DNA of 64,000 nt from an uncultured virus (IMG/VR IMGVR_UViG_3300032233_001072) (Duplodnaviria > Heunggongvirae > Uroviricota > Caudoviricetes), in IMG/VR virus record IMGVR_UViG_3300032233_001072, positions 30,949 to 94,948 of that record; one strand, written 5' to 3'. Both the position numbers and the translations under genes were made by a program. The notes beneath the pieces were generated by a model, which ran no database searches, had not been told where the DNA came from, and was given only the letters and a program-made list of their open reading frames with translations. The stretch's first letter is position 1; each line of letters begins with the position of its first letter. Shown piece by piece: positions 58,179 through 63,729 of the stretch.

Positions 58179-58532
58179 TTACTGATACTTATTTTCTGGG
58201 AGGTTTCCACCAACTTTTTGTGCCCATGCGTCACCGGCTTCTGTGCGTGCATCAGAATGTTCAGGGGGAGTGATACGTCCTCCACTATTCTTTGCAATTT
58301 CTTTAGCATGCTGGTACATCGCCGTTCCCAGACCACGACGTTGGTGCTCCTCATGCACCCCCACATCCCAAATACGTCCTCCCCATTCTTCCCCAGACCA
58401 CTGCAAATGTCCTATTGGCTTACCAGTCTCTTTGTCTATTGCATGTACTGAATGGCGCATTTCAGGTTCATAGTTTTTTGGGAGAGGTTGATACCGTAAT
58501 TGGTACCTATTCAAGTGTTCAGACGCTGACAT
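58179..58532 (-). CDS. GNAT-family acetyltransferase-like protein
   Basis: VGVHEEHQRRGLGTAMY...HS..RT.AG.AW. Confidence 0.8.
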   Translation of the reverse strand: MSASEHLNRYQLRYQPLPKNYEPEMRHSVHAIDKETGKPIGHLQWSGEEWGGRIWDVGVHEEHQRRGLGTAMYQHAKEIAKNSGGRITPPEHSDARTEAGDAWAQKVGGNLPENKYQ

Positions 58533-58687
58533 GCTTCCAGTATAGGGCTATTTGGGGCGGTTTTTTTGGTTAGGCAAGTTGCAGAATAGGGCTATTGGGC
58601 AATTTGGGTGTTGGTGCGATGCGACCCCTACTGCCCTATATATTATAGGCTCGCACTTAACCATGGGGGGGTCGCCCCCTGCCCCAA

Positions 58688-58703
58688 TGTTCCACGTGGA
58701 ACA
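58688..58703. promoter_or_regulatory. parS site (perfect palindrome)
   Basis: TGTTCCACGTGGAACA within a 20-bp palindrome (58686-58705); fits the bacterial chromosomal parS consensus. Confidence 0.75.
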
Positions 58704-59190
58704 TTACCCGTGGGTAACATGAACATTAGGTGAACAAAGTACACTAGCCCTTGACAAGCACCGCAACCCTTGCTCACCCCGCCATTGCCCCCTATATGGC
58801 TCGTAGAGCGCTTGGGGCAATTGCCCGCACCCACAGGTCATTTAGAGATTTTAAATGGATTCTGAGGCTCTACAGAGGCTGTTTTTAAATGCCCTCAGAC
58901 GCCCCTATTTTGCGTTCTAAGCGGAGCACCCCTGAAATGGGGCAATGGGTCATTCAGAGCGTTTAAACAGATCCTGAGGCATTCTGTACACCTATAAAAA
59001 GGGCTATAACCCTTACTGGGCAAGGGTTTGCGGGCTAACAGTAGGTTTCCACATTCCCTCAGAATCCCCGATCTTGCTATCCCCTGCACCATTGCTCCAT
59101 ATCCCCCCTGCTCCTCTCTACGCCCCTTCTAGCCCCCTCTGAGAGGATTGCTGGGAATGGTTGCTTCGGGCGATTTTCGGCGCCCCTAAT

Positions 59191-59545
59191 GCCCTCGTAG
59201 ACCCAGCCTCGCTGACAGTAAATAAATTGGGGGTTGTGTACTCCGTACCAAGGGGGTAGTATTCCTCGTGGAGGTCACATATCCGCCTCTTGGGGGGGTC
59301 GCCACTAGGGCACCCAGTCCCGCCAGTTCCTTGAAAATTGAAGAGTCCGCAAAAGTCCTAATAGGCATCGCTTCGCTCCCTCCCTCGTGTGTGACTGAGG
59401 AGTCCTGATTGATAATCCGCCTCGGAGATCAGAGCAAGCGCCGTCAATTGCATCATCAATGCAGGAGACGCCAAGTCCCTCGTAAGGGGGGCGTTCGGGG
59501 AATGTAACCACTACCGAATGGATTGATGCGGAACCCAACGAGGGC
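59191..59545 (-). ncRNA. Candidate ~355-nt structured RNA
   Basis: Terminal GCCCTCGT/ACGAGGGC pairing, several internal hairpins, no convincing ORF; strand uncertain. Confidence 0.3.
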
Positions 59546-59595
59546 GTGATTGCCCCATGAATGGTTGGGAGGTTTTTTATGATTCAAAATTCCTC

Positions 59596-59690
59596 AGGGT
59601 GCCATCACTTCGGTGATGGTGCCCTCAGAGCACTCAGAGCAAGTATCTGAATGTTGTGAGGGCAAAAGCCCTTTTAAAGCCTGAGGAGGC
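59596..59690 (+). promoter_or_regulatory. Structured operon leader (UUCG hairpin, overlapping helices, SD hairpin)
   Basis: AGGGTGCCATCAC-TTCG-GTGATGGTGCCCT; GCCCTCA/TGAGGGC; AGGGC-AAAA-GCCCT; GCCT-GAGG-AGGC. Confidence 0.6.
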
Positions 59691-59693
59691 ATC

Positions 59694-59921
59694 ATGAACA
59701 ACGATCCAAAATTCGTGTACATCATCACATGGTCAGATGGTCTTCAAGAGACAGTGCGCAAAAGCCATCAAGGCTTCCACTGGGGTCTTGGCTCCATCTC
59801 CTCTCATGTGGATGGCATGCGAATGAGTGTTGAAGGTTTGGGCGGGAGCATTTCCCGTCAAAAGAATCCATCTTGGGTCAACCCGAAGACCCCAGCGAAT
59901 CCTTTCGCCAAGTTCTTCTAA
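59694..59921 (+). CDS. Ribozyme-array ORF 1, hypothetical
   Basis: GAGGAGG SD. Confidence 0.8.
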   Translation: MNNDPKFVYIITWSDGLQETVRKSHQGFHWGLGSISSHVDGMRMSVEGLGGSISRQKNPSWVNPKTPANPFAKFF

Positions 59922-59926
59922 CCAAA

Positions 59927-59980
59927 ATGACGAAACGCCCGTGAGGGCGTCTACGGCTTGTAGTCGTACTGATGAGTCAT
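59927..59980 (+). ncRNA. Hammerhead ribozyme type II, copy 1 (predicted cut after 59951)
   Basis: ATGAC GAA ACGCCC-GTGA-GGGCGT C TACGGC-TTGTA-GTCGTA CTGATGA GTCAT. Confidence 0.93.
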
Positions 59981-60010
59981 CAGCAAAACGCCTGAGGAGG
60001 CACGAAAATC

Positions 60011-60529
60011 ATGAGTTACCGAGCAGACTGGGGCAACACCCCCGCATTCAAGGCACACGTCGCAGAACACGGCAATGGTGATTCATTCACCAATGATCAG
60101 GGTTATCCGAAAGAGCCTGTGAATTCCATCATGTGGCAGATGATCAGCATCAGCATGTCGTCAATCACCGAGAGCAACATTTCGGAGGTTTACGCACGGC
60201 TGAAGTTGGTTGAGAAAACCTTCAAATGTGGTGTGTGGGGTCAGCGATACATCGGCACCGATGGTGAGTATTCACATTCCCGCAACTGGGAGGATTACAC
60301 ACTCACCCCCGAGCACGTTCAGCAAGTCATGCACTTGTCGGTCAACATCTCCACCAAGTCACGCACTGCGTGGATCAAGGATGTTGTGTCGCTGATTCAG
60401 CGTGACACGTACATGGAGGAGGCACGGGAGATGTTCTTCGGGCACACACTGACCCCGAACAAGATCATCAATCTTGAGGTAAACGGGTGGAAGAAGTATT
60501 ACGAAGAGCGCATCAGCGTCAACGCATAA
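60011..60529 (+). CDS. Ribozyme-array ORF 2, hypothetical
   Basis: SD hairpin 59990-60001. Confidence 0.85.
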   Translation: MSYRADWGNTPAFKAHVAEHGNGDSFTNDQGYPKEPVNSIMWQMISISMSSITESNISEVYARLKLVEKTFKCGVWGQRYIGTDGEYSHSRNWEDYTLTPEHVQQVMHLSVNISTKSRTAWIKDVVSLIQRDTYMEEAREMFFGHTLTPNKIINLEVNGWKKYYEERISVNA

Positions 60530-60534
60530 CCCAA

Positions 60535-60588
60535 ACGACGAAACGCCCGTGAGGGCGTCTACGGATTACATCCGTACTGACGAGTCGT
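60535..60588 (+). ncRNA. Hammerhead ribozyme type II, copy 2 (cut after 60559)
   Basis: ACGAC GAA ACGCCC-GTGA-GGGCGT C TACGGA-TTACA-TCCGTA CTGACGA GTCGT. Confidence 0.93.
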
Positions 60589-60614
60589 CAGCGATGCCTG
60601 AGGAGGCAAAGATC

Positions 60615-61085
60615 ATGGGAATTTATTCATACGGAATCAGCGGTTCACGCATTCTTGACGAAATCGGTGTGGTGTCAACCATCCGCTTTCGCTTCAGCCG
60701 TAGTCACATGGATCGCCAGCGTGTTGCTCACCAAGAAAAATTGGATGAGCAGTACGAGGCACGTTGGGCTGGGAAGAGTTTTTCCCGACTCATAGCGTCG
60801 GGCGACCAGTTGCGGGTGTGGGCGGGCACAGACAGCCCGATCTGCGATGACTTTGAGCCACGTTCATCTTTTCCGCTCACTTGGCACTCTTTTGGAAAAC
60901 TGAGTGTTGATGAGCAGATGTCGTTGCCAATGTGGGTGCTGGGCGCCATGAGCGCAGTAGAGGAGGGCGAATTGCCTTTCGTGCCGACTACCAAGAAGGC
61001 GTACTACGAGATGGTGGACAAAGCATGCACAAAGCGTCTAATTGATGCAGGTTGGCTGAATGCACAGCCGTTGTTAACTAAATGA
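60615..61085 (+). CDS. Ribozyme-array ORF 3, hypothetical
   Basis: Start reassigned to MGIYSY after SD hairpin. Confidence 0.8.
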   Translation: MGIYSYGISGSRILDEIGVVSTIRFRFSRSHMDRQRVAHQEKLDEQYEARWAGKSFSRLIASGDQLRVWAGTDSPICDDFEPRSSFPLTWHSFGKLSVDEQMSLPMWVLGAMSAVEEGELPFVPTTKKAYYEMVDKACTKRLIDAGWLNAQPLLTK

Positions 61086-61135
61086 CGAAACACCCTTCGG
61101 GGTGTCTACGGCTTTCAGCCGTACTGACGAGTCAT
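61082..61135 (+). ncRNA. Hammerhead ribozyme type II, copy 3 (cut after 61106)
   Basis: ATGAC GAA ACACCC-TTCG-GGGTGT C TACGGC-TTTCA-GCCGTA CTGACGA GTCAT. Confidence 0.93.
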
Positions 61136-61167
61136 CAGTTATTACTCATTAGACCTGAGGAGGTCAT

Positions 61168-61458
61168 ATGTCATCATCAACCAACGTCCATTCCGTGACG
61201 AAGATTAAACCCGTGATCAATCACTTTGAAACTGGGGGCAAACATTCATTCACAACAATGAATTTAGAAGTCTTCGGCAAGGTGTGGATCAAAGGTGTTC
61301 TGCACGAAAACGTGGAAATCGCAACGCTTGAGTTTTTCTTTGACACTCAAGAAGAGTTCCACGAGGCTGTAGAGCCTCTTTGCCACATGCTCGTCGGGCG
61401 CCTCATGCCCAACATGAGCAAGCGTATAGAAACCAAGTCATTGACAGAACACATCTAA
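61168..61458 (+). CDS. Ribozyme-array ORF 4, hypothetical
   Basis: SD hairpin 61152-61165. Confidence 0.8.
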   Translation: MSSSTNVHSVTKIKPVINHFETGGKHSFTTMNLEVFGKVWIKGVLHENVEIATLEFFFDTQEEFHEAVEPLCHMLVGRLMPNMSKRIETKSLTEHI

Positions 61459-61461
61459 TAA

Positions 61462-61513
61462 ACGACGAAACGCCTTCGGGCGTCCATGGTTCAGAACCAT
61501 GCTGACGAGTCGT
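61462..61513 (+). ncRNA. Hammerhead ribozyme type II, copy 4 (cut after 61484)
   Basis: ACGAC GAA ACGCC-TTCG-GGCGT C CATGGT-TCAGA-ACCATG CTGACGA GTCGT. Confidence 0.93.
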
Positions 61514-61541
61514 CAGAATTATCGCCTGAGGAGGCAACATC

Positions 61542-61868
61542 ATGAATCAATTCCTTTGTGGAACCCCCACCGAGACCAACGAAGTCGCACCACTCACATG
61601 GGCAATGGAGACCATTGACTATCGCTTGCGTGGCATGGCACAACAGATTGAGCAACAACTTGCGGAAATTCAAGAGCATGCTCAACGGTTGCCAAGCGAA
61701 TTCGGATTCGGAGTCATCACTGGACGAGAGGCACACAGCACTGGGTATCAAGCCCAGCGTTCACTGGAGTCACTCGGGGACAAAGTACGGCGGGTCGCCA
61801 TGCTCAACGAACAGCACCTTGCGCTGGTCTTGTTGCGACGTGACCTTGCGTACTCGCTCAACTCATAA
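61542..61868 (+). CDS. Ribozyme-array ORF 5, helical hypothetical
   Basis: SD hairpin 61524-61535. Confidence 0.8.
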   Translation: MNQFLCGTPTETNEVAPLTWAMETIDYRLRGMAQQIEQQLAEIQEHAQRLPSEFGFGVITGREAHSTGYQAQRSLESLGDKVRRVAMLNEQHLALVLLRRDLAYSLNS

Positions 61869-61872
61869 CCAA

Positions 61873-61926
61873 ACGACGAAACACCCTTCGGGGTGTCCAT
61901 GGCTGAAAGCCATGCTGACGAGTCGT
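61873..61926 (+). ncRNA. Hammerhead ribozyme type II, copy 5 (cut after 61897)
   Basis: ACGAC GAA ACACCC-TTCG-GGGTGT C CATGGC-TGAAA-GCCATG CTGACGA GTCGT. Confidence 0.93.
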
Positions 61927-61955
61927 CAGAGATAGACCTGAGGAGGTCATTAATC

Positions 61956-62195
61956 ATGAAGTACAACATTGAATTCGTGTTCACAGGCACACGCCACGAC
62001 GGCACTTTTTATCTTGCCAATACTGGAGACACTTTCGTGAGAGTCTCCACTACACCTCATCAAGATATTGCTAAAAGGTTCGCCAGTTTTGGCGACGCTC
62101 TTGCTTTTGCAAGACGGCATGGCACCGATGGCGCAAAGTACAACCCGTTTAGTCATGGCACATGGACAGTCGTCCCAGCACTTGACACATTTTAA
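61956..62195 (+). CDS. Ribozyme-array ORF 6 (paralog of ORF 8 N-terminus)
   Basis: Start reassigned to MKYNIEF. Confidence 0.8.
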   Translation: MKYNIEFVFTGTRHDGTFYLANTGDTFVRVSTTPHQDIAKRFASFGDALAFARRHGTDGAKYNPFSHGTWTVVPALDTF

Positions 62196-62199
62196 TTAA

Positions 62200-62253
62200 A
62201 TGACGAAACACCCCTCGGGGTGTCCATGGCTTGGAGCCATGCTGATGAGTCAT
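62200..62253 (+). ncRNA. Hammerhead ribozyme type II, copy 6 (cut after 62224)
   Basis: ATGAC GAA ACACCC-CTCG-GGGTGT C CATGGC-TTGGA-GCCATG CTGATGA GTCAT. Confidence 0.93.
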
Positions 62254-62279
62254 CAGAGATGCCTGAGGAGGCAACAATC

Positions 62280-62618
62280 ATGGAATTAATCACAATCACA
62301 AAAGTCGCTCCAGCAACCCCAAAAGTTGGTGATGGTGCATCTCTTATCTTTTGGTCTGACCGTCATGCATGCACTGTCATAGCAGTCAGCCCCAGTGGCA
62401 AGAAGATCACCGTCCAGCAGGACAAAGCAACTCGGGTGGATGGCAACGGCATGTCTGACATGCAGAACTATTCCTTTGAGTGCAATCCGAACGGCGCCAT
62501 CTACCAATTCAGCCTTCGCAAGAATGGTGAGTGGTGCATGGTGGGCGATTCCTCCCGAGGGGGAGGCGTCGTCTGCTCCCTTCACGGGCGCTACGAGTAC
62601 TACGACTTTTCGTTCTAA
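62280..62618 (+). CDS. Ribozyme-array ORF 7, phage hypothetical
   Basis: PKVGDGA....WSDRHACTV...SPSGK...FSLRKNG.W...YYDFSF; start reassigned to MELITI. Confidence 0.85.
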   Translation: MELITITKVAPATPKVGDGASLIFWSDRHACTVIAVSPSGKKITVQQDKATRVDGNGMSDMQNYSFECNPNGAIYQFSLRKNGEWCMVGDSSRGGGVVCSLHGRYEYYDFSF

Positions 62619-62670
62619 ATGACGAAACGCCTTCGGGCGTCTGCGATTCATAATCGCACTGATGAGTCAT
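62619..62670 (+). ncRNA. Hammerhead ribozyme type II, copy 7 (cut after 62641)
   Basis: ATGAC GAA ACGCC-TTCG-GGCGT C TGCGAT-TCATA-ATCGCA CTGATGA GTCAT. Confidence 0.93.
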
Positions 62671-62698
62671 CAGCAAGCGACCTGAGGAGGTCAAAATC

Positions 62699-63073
62699 AT
62701 GAAGTACAACATTCAAATTACTCATGCGAACTCACGCATACCGAAGTACCTGAAAGCGCACATGATGCGTGGGGGCAAAATTGTCACCACTCGTTGGCAA
62801 CAAAGCGCTCGTGGCTTCAAGTCGTGGGAAGAGGCACAAGAGTTCATAGACAATGTCGGCACGTACTTTCGTGGTACGTGGACGGTCGTGGAATTTACTC
62901 TTGTCAACCAATTGAGTTACAGAGAGTTCAAAGTGGAAACTGACGGGACAATCGTCTGTTTTGATTGCGAGGAGAACTTCCCCAAGGAAGCCATCTTCGG
63001 TGATCCACGCTGGAGTGACCCACGTTGTGGCGACTGCTACGACGCCCACAAGTATGAAAGGAGCGCACAATAG
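62699..63073 (+). CDS. Ribozyme-array ORF 8 with C-terminal Zn finger
   Basis: MKYNIQI...GTWTVV; CFDC...CGDC. Confidence 0.85.
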   Translation: MKYNIQITHANSRIPKYLKAHMMRGGKIVTTRWQQSARGFKSWEEAQEFIDNVGTYFRGTWTVVEFTLVNQLSYREFKVETDGTIVCFDCEENFPKEAIFGDPRWSDPRCGDCYDAHKYERSAQ

Positions 63074-63087
63074 GTTCACGCCTAACA

Positions 63088-63141
63088 ACGACGAAACGCC
63101 CCAAGGGGCGTCCATGACTCATAGTCATGCTGACGAGTCGT
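63088..63141 (+). ncRNA. Hammerhead ribozyme type II, copy 8 (cut after 63112)
   Basis: ACGAC GAA ACGCCC-CAAG-GGGCGT C CATGAC-TCATA-GTCATG CTGACGA GTCGT. Confidence 0.93.
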
Positions 63142-63172
63142 CAGTTAACAAGACCTGAGGAGGTCATTAATC

Positions 63173-63349
63173 ATGAAAGATATAGCAGAAATCGTCATCA
63201 AGTTGACTGCACGTAATGCCGAACTCCTTCGTGAGTTTGAGCAGAACATGCCCGTAGGTGAAGCCCGAGCACACTTGTTCGGGAGCGTCAACGGCATCAA
63301 CACAGCCCTTGACATCATTGAAGAAATCATGGCAAGGGAGAACGTGTGA
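63173..63349 (+). CDS. Ribozyme-array ORF 9 (58 aa)
   Basis: Hand translation MKDIAEIVIKLTARNAELLREF...IMARENV; SD hairpin 63152-63165. Confidence 0.8.
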   Translation: MKDIAEIVIKLTARNAELLREFEQNMPVGEARAHLFGSVNGINTALDIIEEIMARENV

Positions 63350-63612
63350 TGCAGATTTATACAACAACTGAGTTGCGTTACATTGCCTTCACAGCGTTCA
63401 AGACTGACTTGTTCATTGTCCATAACCCCAAAGACCTTCCCATAAGTTTCTTGGGCTGGACATTGGACAACATCTACGACTGGCTCAACGAAAATGGTTA
63501 CTGGGAGTCGGGTGAGTTAGAAATCACTGATGACCAATTAGTGTTCATTGAAGTCAATCAACTTGATGGCATGCAGGACGAAGTAGTCGTCGCTGTAGAA
63601 ATCAAAATGTAG
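63349..63612 (+). CDS. Acidic hypothetical protein
   Basis: TGATG-coupled to ORF 9. Confidence 0.75.
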   Translation: MQIYTTTELRYIAFTAFKTDLFIVHNPKDLPISFLGWTLDNIYDWLNENGYWESGELEITDDQLVFIEVNQLDGMQDEVVVAVEIKM

Positions 63613-63723
63613 GCACATCACGGGGTGTCCCCCCGCCCCGTGGTGTCCTCAAAGGTCATCAGCAGGTTGCTGGTGGCTTTTGAGGGCATACAATTGCCCG
63701 TTACACCTAGACCTGAGGAGGTC
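63613..63723 (+). promoter_or_regulatory. Second structured leader (same architecture as 59596-59690)
   Basis: ACATCACGGGG/CCCCGTGGTGT; TGTCCTCAAAGGTCATCAGCA/TGCTGGTGGCTTTTGAGGGCA; GGGCA/TGCCC; GACCT-GAGG-AGGTC. Confidence 0.6.
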
Positions 63724-63729
63724 AAAATC

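Noticed and set aside
1245-58473. Numerous short ORFs antisense to or nested in the long genes
   Set aside because: Shadow frames of genes with clear family motifs; no SD or leaderless promoter noticed
59191-59560. tmRNA or RNase P RNA assignment
   Set aside because: No tRNA-like ends or T-loop, and no GAGGAAAGUCC P4 signature recognisable
60549-62279. ORF-track starts at 60549, 61893 and 62220 giving a shared peptide (..ADESS..PEE..)
   Set aside because: These are translations of the ribozyme repeat; true starts follow the SD hairpin at 60615, 61956 and 62280
59927-63141. Repeats read as Rho-independent terminators
   Set aside because: No U-tract, and the invariant single-stranded GAA, C and CTGAYGA between helices are explained by the hammerhead core
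59927-63144. Ambisense (minus-strand) hammerheads, since the palindrome also gives CTGAYGA on the minus strand
   Set aside because: The minus strand has TTTC rather than GAAA and no properly placed NUH triplet
59927-63165. Repeats read as a CRISPR array or integron attC cassette array
   Set aside because: Intervening segments are full ORFs of 240-520 nt; the repeats covary as a hammerhead fold; no cas or integrase gene and no attC RYYYAAC/GTTRRRY ends seen
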